The translations under genes were made by a program, and so were the position numbers. A DNA stretch of 64,000 bases from Patescibacteria group bacterium (GTDB lineage: Bacteria > Patescibacteriota > Patescibacteriia > Buchananbacterales > UBA6539), in NCBI GenBank assembly GCA_034003985.1, contig JAVEXP010000001.1, positions 155,347 to 219,346 of the forward strand. Direction: 5' to 3'. Positions 28,822 to 39,552 of the stretch are shown in pieces; positions within the stretch are counted from its first letter, which is position 1, and every line of letters starts with the position of its first letter. The notes under the pieces were generated by a model. The model did not search any database and was not told the origin of the DNA. It worked only from the letters and a program-made list of their open reading frames with translations.

Positions 28822-29370
28822 ATGGATTTAATTAGCTACAAGAAAGATTTTGATAAAGCGTTAGAACTGCTAAAAGATGATTTAGCGACTTTGCGGGTTG
28901 GTCGGGCTAATCCGATTATGGTCGAGAATATTTTAGTGGAGGCTTACGGTAGCAAGACGCCCTTAAAGCAGCTGGCTTCAATTGCTGTTCCGGAAGCCCG
29001 GACTATTTTAATTCAACCTTGGGATAAGGGGGTTAACAAAGATATTGAAAAAGCCATTATCGCAGCCGACATTGGCATTAATCCTGTTAATGAAGGAGCG
29101 CAAATTAGATTGAGTATTCCACCTTTAACCGAAGAGAGCCGCAGGGAGCTGACTAAGTCGGTTGGCGAAAAGATGGAAAAGACCAGAATTACCGTAAGGC
29201 AGTTGCGAGATAAAATTAAAGATGAAATTAATCAGCAAGAGAAAGCTAAAATGATAACCGAAGACGATAAATACAGCTTACAGAAAAAACTTGATGAAAT
29301 GGTTAAAGATTATAATGAGAAAATCAAAGGCATCGGTGACAAAAAAGAAGAAGAAATAATGACTATTTAA
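28822..29370 (+). CDS. frr: Ribosome recycling factor
   Basis: LRVGRANP, IQPWD, PPLTEESR, ITEDD. Confidence 0.95.
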   Translation: MDLISYKKDFDKALELLKDDLATLRVGRANPIMVENILVEAYGSKTPLKQLASIAVPEARTILIQPWDKGVNKDIEKAIIAADIGINPVNEGAQIRLSIPPLTEESRRELTKSVGEKMEKTRITVRQLRDKIKDEINQQEKAKMITEDDKYSLQKKLDEMVKDYNEKIKGIGDKKEEEIMTI

Positions 29371-29371
29371 T

Positions 29372-30538
29372 ATGCTATTAACCTTAGTATCATTTTTTGC
29401 CATTTTAGGCATTATTGTTTTGGTCCACGAACTGGGTCACTTTTTCGCGGCCCGACGAGGGGGAATAAAAGTTGATGAGTTCGGTCTAGGAATTCCGCCA
29501 AGAATTTTTGGATTTTTTAAAAATTCTGAAGGCCGGTGGCAAATGGTTGGAATGAAAGCCAAAGAGGCCAGTTCGACAATTTGGTCTTTGAATTGGATTC
29601 CACTTGGCGGGTTCGTAAAGATCAAAGGCGAGGAAGGCCAGAATTCGCAGGATGAGGACAGTTTTGCGCACAAAAGTGTTGGTCGAAGGATTTGGGTGGT
29701 TTCCGCCGGCGTGACGATGAATATAATTTTAGCGGTGATTTTACTGACCGTTGGTTTGATCATTGGATCGCCGCAAATCATTGATGAAAATATTCCAACA
29801 GTGGCCAGAATTTCCAATCAGGAATTCAGAATTATTGAAGTACTGGCTGATTCTCCGGCCCAGCAAGCCGGTTTGGCGGTGGCCGATACGGTGTTAAGTA
29901 TTGACGGCCAAACATTTAAGCAAATTTTCGAATTGCAGGATTATGTCAATAGTCGGGCTGACCAGTCGACGGTGCTGGAAATCAAACGCGATGAAGAAAC
30001 CCTTAATATTGAAGTGACTCCCAGGCTGTTAGCCGAGACCAATGATATCGATCTAGGAATTGGTTTGGTACAAACCGGGTTGGTTTCTTTTCCTTGGTAT
30101 GTAGCGCCGTTCTACGGGGTGGGGGAAACCGTTAAGATGGCTGGCGCAGTGGCGGTTGGTTTCTATTTGATGCTTGAAAATTTAATCGTGAATCAGCAAT
30201 TGATTGGCGAAGTTTATGGTCCGGTGGGAATCGCCAGTTTGGTGGGCGACGCTGCCAGATTGGGGATTTTATATTTGATTCAATTGACGGCTGCTTTATC
30301 GGTTATTATTGCGGTGATTAATTTTTTGCCTTTTCCAGCACTAGACGGCGGCCGAGTATTTTTCTTGATTATTGAAGGGATTAGAAAAAAACCGGTGAAT
30401 CAGAAGCTGGAAGCCACAATGCATAATATTGGTTTTGCTTTGTTGATGTTGTTGGTACTGATTGTTACCTATCATGATATCGTCAGAATTTCTGGCGGAT
30501 TCATGCAATGGGGGCAAAAAATTATCAATTTGTTTTAA
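29372..30538 (+). CDS. rseP: RIP metalloprotease RseP with PDZ domain
   Basis: HELGH, PLGGFV, NFLPFPALDGG. Confidence 0.95.
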   Translation: MLLTLVSFFAILGIIVLVHELGHFFAARRGGIKVDEFGLGIPPRIFGFFKNSEGRWQMVGMKAKEASSTIWSLNWIPLGGFVKIKGEEGQNSQDEDSFAHKSVGRRIWVVSAGVTMNIILAVILLTVGLIIGSPQIIDENIPTVARISNQEFRIIEVLADSPAQQAGLAVADTVLSIDGQTFKQIFELQDYVNSRADQSTVLEIKRDEETLNIEVTPRLLAETNDIDLGIGLVQTGLVSFPWYVAPFYGVGETVKMAGAVAVGFYLMLENLIVNQQLIGEVYGPVGIASLVGDAARLGILYLIQLTAALSVIIAVINFLPFPALDGGRVFFLIIEGIRKKPVNQKLEATMHNIGFALLMLLVLIVTYHDIVRISGGFMQWGQKIINLF

Positions 30539-30539
30539 G

Positions 30540-30911
30540 ATGAAAATCGGCGTACCATTTGATTTCAGGCAAAATTTTTCGATATTTATGCGTCGGGCCG
30601 GGTATGCCGAATTTAACGATCCCAATACCGGTCAGACTAGTTATGTCAGGAGATTGACTCGGGATTTCTATCCCAGGTTCCACGCTTATGTCCAACAGGA
30701 TCGGGATAATCAGTGGTTTGTTAATCTGCATTTGGATCAGAAAAAACCCAGCTATCAGGGAGCCCACGCTCACAATGCTGATTATGAAGGGACTCGGGTT
30801 GAGGCGGAAGCCGCCAGACTCGAAGGTTTGATTAAAAATCAACTTGACAATCAGAATCAAGTCAGCAGCCGTCAATCTAAAAAAAATTTTTGGCAGCAAT
30901 TATTTCATTAA
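30540..30911 (+). CDS. Conserved CPR hypothetical protein
   Basis: YPRFH.Y, NLHLDQKKPSY.G.HAH..Y; ATG 30540. Confidence 0.7.
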   Translation: MKIGVPFDFRQNFSIFMRRAGYAEFNDPNTGQTSYVRRLTRDFYPRFHAYVQQDRDNQWFVNLHLDQKKPSYQGAHAHNADYEGTRVEAEAARLEGLIKNQLDNQNQVSSRQSKKNFWQQLFH

Positions 30912-30914
30912 ATT

Positions 30915-32627
30915 ATGAGACAATCAAAATTATTTGGCCGGACAAACAAAGCCGTTAAAGATTACGCTTCCAAGAACGCGGAACTGTTAATCAAGGGTGG
31001 CTTTATTCAGCAGACAATGGCTGGTGTCTACAGTTTTTTGCCTTTGGGAAAAAGGGTGCTGGATAAAATCGAAAACATTATCAGGGAAGAAATGGACAAA
31101 ATCGGCCAAGAACTTTTGTTGCCGTCAATCGTTCCCAATGACTTGTGGGAGACAACCGGCCGATTGGAAAAAGTCAGCGTGCTTTTCAAGGCGGTGCCGG
31201 GAAACGCCGCATCTAAAAAAGTTAATGATGCTGAATATGTTTTGAATTCGACTCACGAAGAAGTCATAACGCCGATTGCCAAGTCTTTCAATTTTAGTTA
31301 CAAGGATTTACCTTTTGCCGTTTATCAGGTTCAGACCAAATTTCGTAACGAGGCCCGGCCTAAATCGGGATTATTGCGCGGCCGGGAATTTCGGATGAAG
31401 GATTTGTATAGTTTTCACCGTAATGAAGCCGAACTAAAAGAATACTACGAGCAGGCCAAAGCCGCCTATTTTAAAGTTTTTGAGCGTTTGGGGATTGGTC
31501 AGGACACTTATTTGGCCGCTGCGTCGGGCGGTGATTTTACCAAAGATTTTTCTCATGAATTCCAGACCAGGTGCGCCACCGGCGAGGATACCATTTTTTA
31601 TGACCAATCAATTAAGGTGGCCTACAATCGCGAAGTGGCACCGGCTCAGGCACCCGCATTAAAACAAGATCAGGACTTTAAGGAATGCCAGGATGTTGAA
31701 GGCCAGGGAATAATCGGGGTGGCTGAGTTGTCTGGGTTTTTAAACATCCCGGCCGAAAAAACCACTAAAACTTTGATTTATGAAACTGATCGGGGTGAAG
31801 TAATCGCCGCGGCGGTTAGGGGAGTGTATGATATTAATGAAGAAAAGTTAGCCAGGATCATCGGTGTTGAAAGTTTAGAACTGGCCAGCGAGGAGACGGT
31901 TAAAAAAGTTACCGGCGCCAAAGTCGGGTACGCCGGGCTGCTTAATTTAGATAAACAAGTTCGCCAGTTTGTCGACGAGTCTTTAAGAGATCAAGTCAAT
32001 TTCGAGATGGGTGCCAATCGGACAAATTATCATACCGTTAATGTCAACTGGGGACGCGATTTGCCCAAACCGGAAAAGTTCTATGATTTTAAAATCGCCC
32101 GGGAAGGCGATTTAAATCCGGAAACTGGCCAAGTCTATGAAGTCTTTAAAGCCAGTGAGGTTGGCAATATTTTTCCCTTGAATACCAAATTTTCCAGAGC
32201 GTTTAATTATTATTATACCGATGAAGCTGGTCAACAACAGATTGTTTATATGGGTAGCTATGGAATTGGTTCCAGTCGAGTAATGGGAGTATTGGTGGAA
32301 AAGTTTTTCGATAATAAGGGGATAATTTGGCCGGAGAGTGTTGCGCCCTATCAAATCCATTTGCTGCAGTTGGGTTTTGATCAATCAGTTGTCAAAGCGG
32401 CTGAAAAGGCGTATGATAAATTACTTGCCAATGGGGTGGAAGTTCTATTTGATGACCGGATTGAAGCCAGTGCCGGTGAAAAATTCGCTGATGCTGATTT
32501 AATCGGCATCCCTTATCGGTTGGTAATATCGGCAAAAACCAAAAATAAAATAGAAGTCAAAAAAAGAAACGAAGCCAAAACCCAATTGCTGAGTTTGGGG
32601 CAGGTCTTGAAACTTTTAACGAAGTAA
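30915..32627 (+). CDS. proS: Proline--tRNA ligase with editing insertion
   Basis: MRQSKLF, THEE, KFRNE.RP..GLLRGREF.MKDLYSF, MGSYGIG. Confidence 0.96.
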   Translation: MRQSKLFGRTNKAVKDYASKNAELLIKGGFIQQTMAGVYSFLPLGKRVLDKIENIIREEMDKIGQELLLPSIVPNDLWETTGRLEKVSVLFKAVPGNAASKKVNDAEYVLNSTHEEVITPIAKSFNFSYKDLPFAVYQVQTKFRNEARPKSGLLRGREFRMKDLYSFHRNEAELKEYYEQAKAAYFKVFERLGIGQDTYLAAASGGDFTKDFSHEFQTRCATGEDTIFYDQSIKVAYNREVAPAQAPALKQDQDFKECQDVEGQGIIGVAELSGFLNIPAEKTTKTLIYETDRGEVIAAAVRGVYDINEEKLARIIGVESLELASEETVKKVTGAKVGYAGLLNLDKQVRQFVDESLRDQVNFEMGANRTNYHTVNVNWGRDLPKPEKFYDFKIAREGDLNPETGQVYEVFKASEVGNIFPLNTKFSRAFNYYYTDEAGQQQIVYMGSYGIGSSRVMGVLVEKFFDNKGIIWPESVAPYQIHLLQLGFDQSVVKAAEKAYDKLLANGVEVLFDDRIEASAGEKFADADLIGIPYRLVISAKTKNKIEVKKRNEAKTQLLSLGQVLKLLTK

Positions 32628-32725
32628 TTTTGACATCTTAGAAAGATAAAGGCCGGTGGGAGGTTAATCCAGATCCGGTCTTTGAACTTGTATTTTGAAT
32701 CTAGAATATATTAAGCCGTAAAAAA

Positions 32726-33784
32726 ATGTTTAATCGACTATTTAAAAAGTTTTCTCGAGATGTCGGTATTGATCTGGGGACTTCCAATACCCTGATTTAT
32801 GTTAAAGATCGAGGTATTGTGGTGAACGAATCATCAATCGTGGCGGTCAATAATCGTAACGATCAGATTTTGGCGGTCGGCGAAGAAGCTCAGAAAATGT
32901 TGGGCAAAACGCCGCCGCACATTACAATTTCCAAGCCGTTGGTGGACGGAATAATTTCGGATTTTGAGGTGACGGAAAAGATGCTTAAATATTTTATCGA
33001 CCGATTGTATAAAGAAAGTTTTGGTTTATCGCCCCGGCCGCGAGTGGTTATCGGAGTACCGTTGGATGTGACGGAGGTGGAAAAAAAGGCGGTGGAGGAT
33101 GTGGTTTTGTCGGCCGGTGCCCGTGATGTTTATTTGGTGGAAAATGTGATTGCTACGGCGATTGGCGCCAGACTGCCCATTCAGGATCCGTCAGGGAGTA
33201 TGGTCGTTGATTTGGGCGGTGGCATTACGGAGATTGCGGTCATTTCGCTTTCCGGAGTGGTAGCTTGGAAATCGTTGCGGATTGCCGGTAATAAGATGAA
33301 TCAGGATATTATGGGTTTTGCGCGAAGCGAATTTAATTTGTTGGTTGGGGAACGAGTAGCCGAGGAAATAAAAATTCAAGCCAGCCGTCTAGTTGACAGT
33401 CAAGAACCTCTTGAATTAAGAATGCGTGGTCGTGATTTGATGACCGGCCTGCCCAAAGAAGTAATTGTAACAACTTCCCAAATTAAGCAATCAATGCAGC
33501 GTTCGGTTTTGGGGATTATTGAAGGTATTAAGAGTACGCTGGAAATAACCCCGCCAGAATTGGTGGCCGATATTTACCAGCGCGGCATGATTTTAGCCGG
33601 CGGCGGAGCATTATTGAGCGGTTTGGACAAGATGATTGCCCAGGCCACTCGGATTCCGGTAAAAATAATCGAAGATTCTTTAACCTGTTCGGTTCGGGGC
33701 ATGGGTTTGATTTTGGAAGACGAGAATTTATTGCGGGAAGTGGCCATCCCTTCGTCCACTCAGGAAGAGAAGACTTCGCGTTAG
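32726..33784 (+). CDS. mreB: Rod shape-determining protein MreB
   Basis: GIDLGTSNT, DLGGG.TE, TPPELVADI; precedes mreC. Confidence 0.95.
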   Translation: MFNRLFKKFSRDVGIDLGTSNTLIYVKDRGIVVNESSIVAVNNRNDQILAVGEEAQKMLGKTPPHITISKPLVDGIISDFEVTEKMLKYFIDRLYKESFGLSPRPRVVIGVPLDVTEVEKKAVEDVVLSAGARDVYLVENVIATAIGARLPIQDPSGSMVVDLGGGITEIAVISLSGVVAWKSLRIAGNKMNQDIMGFARSEFNLLVGERVAEEIKIQASRLVDSQEPLELRMRGRDLMTGLPKEVIVTTSQIKQSMQRSVLGIIEGIKSTLEITPPELVADIYQRGMILAGGGALLSGLDKMIAQATRIPVKIIEDSLTCSVRGMGLILEDENLLREVAIPSSTQEEKTSR

Positions 33785-33795
33785 TTTAGTGTTTT

Positions 33796-34596
33796 ATGCT
33801 TAAAATTTTACGATCACTAAAACTTTCTTGGATATTGTTGGCAGTAGTAATTCTGCTGATTTTTTTGAAGGCCGTTGGAATTCTCTCGCCCCTTGAGGCA
33901 TTAATCACCAGAGTTCTTTCTCCCATTGAGCATTTCGTCTACGCCAGCGGGGTAAAGGTAAACGGGCTTTATTCAAGTTTTACCGGTAAAGATGTTTTGT
34001 TGTCCGAGAATAGCAACTTGAAAGATCAGCTGGCCGCGTTGACGGTCCAGAATGCTCAAATCCAGGTTGAGCTGGCGGAATTAAAGGAGGCTTTAATTCA
34101 ACACGATTTTTTGGATTCACGGGATTTGCGGGCGATTACTGTTAGGGTTGTTGGTAAAAATCCTCAGCCTGATTTTCAGTCAATCATTCTTGATCAGGGA
34201 GCGAAAGCTGGGATTAGAGTTGGTCAGCCGGTGATTGTCAAAGATGGAATGTTGGTGGGCAAGATTTTTAAAGTCAATGATTATACCTCGGAAGCCTTGC
34301 TGCTCAGTGATCCTAGAATTCGGGTGGCGGCGGAAATTCAGAATAATCTTAAAAGTCGGGGGGTTGTTGTCGGTGAACACGGTTTAAGCTTAAAAATGGA
34401 ATTGATTCCTCAAAACGAGATAATCGAGATTGATAATCTGGTGATTACTTCCGGGGTTGAGCCGACGATTCCTCGCGGTTTGGTCATCGGTCGGGTCGTC
34501 AGAATTGAGAGCCAGTCCAATGCGCTTTTCCATTCAGCTTTTGTGAAGCCGATAACCGACATTGAAAATTTATTGGTCGTGTCGGTGATTGAATAA
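33796..34596 (+). CDS. mreC: Rod shape-determining protein MreC
   Basis: TM plus coiled coil, G...G.PV, ITSG...P.GL.IG. Confidence 0.9.
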   Translation: MLKILRSLKLSWILLAVVILLIFLKAVGILSPLEALITRVLSPIEHFVYASGVKVNGLYSSFTGKDVLLSENSNLKDQLAALTVQNAQIQVELAELKEALIQHDFLDSRDLRAITVRVVGKNPQPDFQSIILDQGAKAGIRVGQPVIVKDGMLVGKIFKVNDYTSEALLLSDPRIRVAAEIQNNLKSRGVVVGEHGLSLKMELIPQNEIIEIDNLVITSGVEPTIPRGLVIGRVVRIESQSNALFHSAFVKPITDIENLLVVSVIE

Positions 34597-34604
34597 CCAG
34601 TTCG

Positions 34605-35147
34605 ATGAATAAAATCATATTAAACATTTTGATAATTATTCTGCTGGGCATTATCCAAGTCAGTTTTTTGACGACTTGGCCTTTTCCAGTCAACAGTTTT
34701 AATTTGATTTTGAGTTTGGTGGTTTTTTTGGTGGTGATTGTTAATTATCATCAGGCTTTATGGTTGGCGTTTGGCGCCGGTTTATTTTTGGAAATTTATA
34801 GTTCCTCGTTTTTCGGGGTGATTGTAATCAGTTTGCTGATACTGGCAATGGCGGTTAATTTTTTATTTAACAATTTTTTTACCAATCGTTCTTCATATTC
34901 CTTGATAATTTTGGGGATTTTGGGCACCTTGATTTACAATTTATTGACGACGGCGATGGATTTTTTGGTTAATCTTTTTCGGGGCGAAGATCTGCTGTGG
35001 TATTATAATATTTGGCCCAAGCTTTTTTGGCAGCCGATTTTTAACGCCATAATTTTACTGGTAATTTTTTATGTTTATTATTTATCGACTGATCGCCTGA
35101 CTACCAGTCTGTTTTTTAGTTCCAATAGCTATGAGAAACGGTCTTAA
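34605..35147 (+). CDS. mreD: MreD-like membrane protein
   Basis: Multi-TM protein between mreC and mrdA. Confidence 0.7.
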   Translation: MNKIILNILIIILLGIIQVSFLTTWPFPVNSFNLILSLVVFLVVIVNYHQALWLAFGAGLFLEIYSSSFFGVIVISLLILAMAVNFLFNNFFTNRSSYSLIILGILGTLIYNLLTTAMDFLVNLFRGEDLLWYYNIWPKLFWQPIFNAIILLVIFYVYYLSTDRLTTSLFFSSNSYEKRS

Positions 35148-37083
35148 TTCTAATCCTTTTGGCTTGGCCGCCAACCGAAAATTTGACGGTTATTTTTTGA
35201 ATGACCGGCAAAAAGGCAAATGGTTTGAAGTTGATTTGTTAAACGAGAAGGGTTCGGGTGTAAATAAAAAAGTCAGAGATTCGTTTGTTAGTGACCGAAT
35301 AATCAATTTTTGGATGATAGTTTTGATCGGGGGGTTGTTAATTTTGGGCGGTCGAACGGCTTATATGCAGGTGATCCAAGGTGACCATTTTCGGGCGGTG
35401 GCCGAAGGCAACAGAATCCGAATCAGGGACATTAAAGCCAGCCGGGGCGTGATTTATGATCGCTATCAAAATTTGTTGCTGGAAAATGTTTCCAGCTTTT
35501 CGCTGGCGATTGTTCCGGTTGATTTGCCAAATGATGAGATTGAACTGACGACACTACTTGATCGTCTTTCTCAGATTACCGGTAAATCGGTTGAAGAAAT
35601 CAACGACTTGTTGGCCGGACAATCTGATTATTCATATCAACCGGTGATTTTAGCTGAAAATTTGAACCATGATCAAGCGACAATGGTTGAAATTATTTCC
35701 AGTGAATTTCCGGCCGTGATTTTGCGTTCCGCTAGTTTCCGGCATTATTTGACCACTCCCACCCTGCCTAGCTTATCGCACATTTTGGGTTATGTTGGTA
35801 AGATTGAGGAAAATAAAAAGGCTGATTATTTACAGCAGGGATATTTAATCGACGATTATGTTGGAAAGTCAGGTTTGGAGCTTTTTTACGAAAAAACTTT
35901 AAAAGGAATAAACGGCAAGGAGCAGGTTGAGGTTGATGCTTTCGGCGAGGCAAAAGAAATTTTAGCAAGACAAGAACCGTTGTCCGGTAATAATTTAGTT
36001 TTGACCATTGATTCGGAGTTGCAACGAGTGGCCGAAGAGAGTCTTAATAAAGTTTTGACCAGTCAGCATAAAGGCCGTGGTGCAGTAGTGATCATGAATC
36101 CCAATTCCGGAGAGATTCTCAGTTTGGTGAGCTTGCCTGGTTTTGACAATAATTTATTCAGTCAAGGGATCAGCCAAGAAAATTTCAGTAATTTGATTAA
36201 CGATGAAAATAAACCTTTATTTAACCGGGCGATCAGCGGCGAATATCCGTCCGGTTCAACTTTTAAATTAATTGTCGCGGCCGCTGCTTTGCAGGAAGGA
36301 TTGGTAAATCCCAATACGGGAGTAAACAGTAGTGGCGGAATTTCGGTTGGCAGCTGGTTTTTTCCAGACTGGAAAGCCGGCGGCCATGGTTGGAGTAATT
36401 TGTATAAAGCTTTAGCCGAGTCGGTTAATACTTACTTTTACTTGATTGGCGGCGGGTATAATGATTTTAAAGGTTTAGGTATAGACAAAATCAGGGCTTA
36501 TGCCGAAAAATTAGGTTTAAGCAAACCGTTGAATATTGATTTGCCAAATGAGGCGGCTGGTTTTTTGCCGTCGCCAGAGTGGAAGCAGGAAGCTAAAGGC
36601 GAGCGTTGGTATATTGGTGATACTTATAATTTCTCGATTGGTCAGGGCGATATTTTGGTTACCCCTTTGCAGGTTGCCAACTGGACAGCCTTTTTCGCCA
36701 ATGGCGGAGTGCTGTATAAGCCATATTTGGTCAAAGAGGTTTTGGACTCAAACAACAATGTCATTTCGGAAATTAAGCCAACAATCGTCAGTCAAGGTAT
36801 TGTCAGTGTGGAAAACATCAAGGCAGTTAATCGCGGTTTGCGTCAGGGTGTGACCGATGGCAGTTCGCGGGGATTGTCGAATTTGCCTATTAAAGTCGCG
36901 GCCAAGACGGGAACGGCCCAGTGGTCAAGCAAATATGAACCCCATGCCTGGCTGACGGCTTTTGCCCCTTATGATAATCCGCAAATTGTAGTGACGGTAT
37001 TGGTTGAGGAGGGCGAAGAGGGTAGTACGGTGGCGTTGCCGGTCGCCAGAGATATTTTGTTGTGGTGGTCGCAACATCGATAG
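35131..37083 (+). CDS. mrdA: Penicillin-binding protein 2
   Basis: RG.IYDR, GKSGLE, PSGSTFK, SVN, KTGTAQ. Confidence 0.95.
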   Translation: MRNGLNSNPFGLAANRKFDGYFLNDRQKGKWFEVDLLNEKGSGVNKKVRDSFVSDRIINFWMIVLIGGLLILGGRTAYMQVIQGDHFRAVAEGNRIRIRDIKASRGVIYDRYQNLLLENVSSFSLAIVPVDLPNDEIELTTLLDRLSQITGKSVEEINDLLAGQSDYSYQPVILAENLNHDQATMVEIISSEFPAVILRSASFRHYLTTPTLPSLSHILGYVGKIEENKKADYLQQGYLIDDYVGKSGLELFYEKTLKGINGKEQVEVDAFGEAKEILARQEPLSGNNLVLTIDSELQRVAEESLNKVLTSQHKGRGAVVIMNPNSGEILSLVSLPGFDNNLFSQGISQENFSNLINDENKPLFNRAISGEYPSGSTFKLIVAAAALQEGLVNPNTGVNSSGGISVGSWFFPDWKAGGHGWSNLYKALAESVNTYFYLIGGGYNDFKGLGIDKIRAYAEKLGLSKPLNIDLPNEAAGFLPSPEWKQEAKGERWYIGDTYNFSIGQGDILVTPLQVANWTAFFANGGVLYKPYLVKEVLDSNNNVISEIKPTIVSQGIVSVENIKAVNRGLRQGVTDGSSRGLSNLPIKVAAKTGTAQWSSKYEPHAWLTAFAPYDNPQIVVTVLVEEGEEGSTVALPVARDILLWWSQHR

Positions 37084-37121
37084 CATTTTATAATCATTAA
37101 TAATTTATAAAATTTTAATAT

Positions 37122-37505
37122 ATGAATCGGAAATCCAAAAATAAGCTATATTTGGTCGCGGCGGCCGTGACCATAATCATCATAATCGTTGGATCGACAA
37201 TCTACCAGCACCGGGCCGGTGATTTAGATGGTTTGGCCAGTTGTCTTGAAGCCAATGGCGCCAGAATGTATGGGGCATTCTGGTGCAGCGCTTGTAATGC
37301 CCAAAAAGAAATGTTTGGCCAGTCAGCCAGACTGTTGCCTTATGTCGAATGTTCAACTGCTGACGGTCAGACTATGACTTTTGCTTGTCAGGGTAAAAAT
37401 ATTTCCGCTTATCCGACTTGGGAATTTGCCGACGGCACCACTCAGGTAGGTGTAATGTCCCTTGGTGATTTAGCGGCCGAAACCGGTTGTCAAGAAGTTT
37501 TGTGA
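37122..37505 (+). CDS. Membrane-anchored thioredoxin-like protein (VKOR-partner type)
   Basis: MYGAFWCSAC..QK, YVEC, YPTW. Confidence 0.8.
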   Translation: MNRKSKNKLYLVAAAVTIIIIIVGSTIYQHRAGDLDGLASCLEANGARMYGAFWCSACNAQKEMFGQSARLLPYVECSTADGQTMTFACQGKNISAYPTWEFADGTTQVGVMSLGDLAAETGCQEVL

Positions 37506-37509
37506 CGAC

Positions 37510-38061
37510 ATGTTGAATTCGCAATTCAAGCTTCGGCCAAAGACATTAAGAAATTCCGTTCCCTTGGCTTCGACAATCAAAAACATCAAACGCCAGCCGA
37601 TTTATTTTATTTTGGATAATGTCTTGGATACCTATAATGTCGGCTCCATCTTCAGACTGGCTGATGCCGTTAGTGCCAGCCGAGTCTATCTTTGCGGCGA
37701 GACCGAGACTCCTCCCAATACCAAAATTAAAAAAGCTTCAATTAATACTTGGCAGTGGACAGATTGGCGTTATAAACCGGATGTTTTGGCGGCAATTGAT
37801 GAGCTGCGGCAAGAAATAAAAGGCATTAAAATAATATCGGTAGAACAAAACGAACAAAGTCAATTGTACCATCAGGCCAAGTATCCTTTGCCGTTAGCCT
37901 TGATCGTCGGTAATGAAACCAGGGGAGTGTCTGAGGTGGCAATTGCAAAATCAGACTTTTTGGTTGAACTGCCAATGTTTGGGGTTAATAGCAGTTTGAA
38001 TGTGATTGTTTCTTTGGCGGTCGTGGCTTATGAAGTATTGGAAAAAAATAAAATAAAATAA
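37510..38061 (+). CDS. TrmH/SpoU family RNA methyltransferase
   Basis: NVGSIFR, GNETRG, PMFG..SSLNV. Confidence 0.9.
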   Translation: MLNSQFKLRPKTLRNSVPLASTIKNIKRQPIYFILDNVLDTYNVGSIFRLADAVSASRVYLCGETETPPNTKIKKASINTWQWTDWRYKPDVLAAIDELRQEIKGIKIISVEQNEQSQLYHQAKYPLPLALIVGNETRGVSEVAIAKSDFLVELPMFGVNSSLNVIVSLAVVAYEVLEKNKIK

Positions 38062-38138
38062 TTTTGTTAAAAAAAGAGAGGCGGCAATTTTTGGTTGTCG
38101 CCCCAAGGAAAACATTGGGCACTCGGAGTGCCTTTTTT

Positions 38139-39353
38139 TCAGAAGTAGAGAGTGAAGCCGGCTGAAAATACATCGACTTCAGTCTCATACCGTCCTGGAG
38201 ACAGGTTGTTGAACGATTGTCCAATTTCCTGTTTGACCCAAGCATGGAGGTATGCTAGGTCAAATGACCAGTTATCCTGATGGTAACCCAGGCCTAGTCC
38301 GACGCAGAATCCCTGGCCGTCAGGGATCACCGGATTGGTGGTGTCGTTGGGTACGGCTGGGCCGAGCCAGCCAACCCCCATCCGACTAGTCAAATGCTCG
38401 TTGAGTTGGCGCTCTATCCCCAGATGAGCGCTGAAAGATTTGTCCCAGTCCAGGCGCTGACGGATGGTTGGCAGCTTTCCGAAATCGAAGTCGATTCGGT
38501 CAGTCTGGCTATAGTCAAACCAGTTGACATCGAAAGCCACCAAATATTCGTTGTTGGGCTGCCAGGCAAATCCCAAACCCAATCGTGCCGGAAAGGTGAC
38601 ATCGGCGTCGAAGCCGTCGCGCCCCAGATTCAGTCCTGCCAACGAGATGTCGGTGTGACCTTTGAGGGCAATTTTCATCCGTGAGGAATAGCTCAGGGCC
38701 AATGCCAGGCGTTCATCGGGTTGCCAACGAATACCCAGACGATAACCCCAACCAAATCCGTCGCCTTCAGTCACTAAATCGGTGAGATCCAGTCTGACGC
38801 CGCCAATCTGGTGCAGGGGTGTGTGGTAGAGCAATTGGCCATAGCCAAGGTCTAATCCCACCCCGATACTCAGAGTGTCGGTGAGTTCATAGCTGAATCC
38901 ACCGGTGAGGTTGACTACGGCCAGCAGACTTTGGCGGTAGTTAAGACCCGGGTAGCGGTTGTTCGGGTATTTGACGCCCAAGCCATAGGGAGCGTATATT
39001 CCCGCTCCCAGTACCAGCCTGTCGGACAGGCGGGTGGCACCGGCTACTAGCGGCATAGTGAATAGCTGATCTTCCGACTGTTCTTCGAATCCGCCCCAGC
39101 TATCCGGCAGACGGTATTCAAAGTCGGGTGAAATGAAGTCGCCCGAAATTTGCAGGAAAGAGCCATCAACCTGGCTTAATCCCGCAATGTTGTGGTACAG
39201 TGCCGAGCCGTCGGAAGCTACGGCATTGTGGGCACCAGACATGCCCAGAGCTCTGGGGGTAAGGCTGGCGCCGGGACGGATAACACCACCACCAAACGCC
39301 GTCTGACCACAAAGTACTACCACCGCTAAGCAAGCCGCCCACTTAATATTCAT
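38139..39353 (-). CDS. OmpP1/FadL/TodX-family beta-barrel transporter
   Basis: Signal peptide; ALGMSGA..A...D.SA.YHN.AGL; PYGL; amphipathic strands; C-terminal Y-F beta-signal; AGGAGG SD. Confidence 0.85.
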   Translation of the reverse strand: MNIKWAACLAVVVLCGQTAFGGGVIRPGASLTPRALGMSGAHNAVASDGSALYHNIAGLSQVDGSFLQISGDFISPDFEYRLPDSWGGFEEQSEDQLFTMPLVAGATRLSDRLVLGAGIYAPYGLGVKYPNNRYPGLNYRQSLLAVVNLTGGFSYELTDTLSIGVGLDLGYGQLLYHTPLHQIGGVRLDLTDLVTEGDGFGWGYRLGIRWQPDERLALALSYSSRMKIALKGHTDISLAGLNLGRDGFDADVTFPARLGLGFAWQPNNEYLVAFDVNWFDYSQTDRIDFDFGKLPTIRQRLDWDKSFSAHLGIERQLNEHLTSRMGVGWLGPAVPNDTTNPVIPDGQGFCVGLGLGYHQDNWSFDLAYLHAWVKQEIGQSFNNLSPGRYETEVDVFSAGFTLYF

Positions 39354-39552
39354 CAGGTTCCTCCTTATCATCTTGTGTGCTTAACACGGGTTTCTGTTTT
39401 TACGGCTTTTTAAATTACCACATTTAAGTAAAAAAGTCAATATTGTATATTTTATAATTGACTTTTTTGTTGTATTATGATATTAATAAGAGTTGTCCTT
39501 TTAATTGGGTATAAGTGAATCCAACCGTGCTAAACACGAAAGGGTTAGGGCT

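Noticed and set aside
23823-33784. Two mreB copies as a novelty
   Set aside because: Multiple MreB paralogs are common in CPR and Firmicutes.
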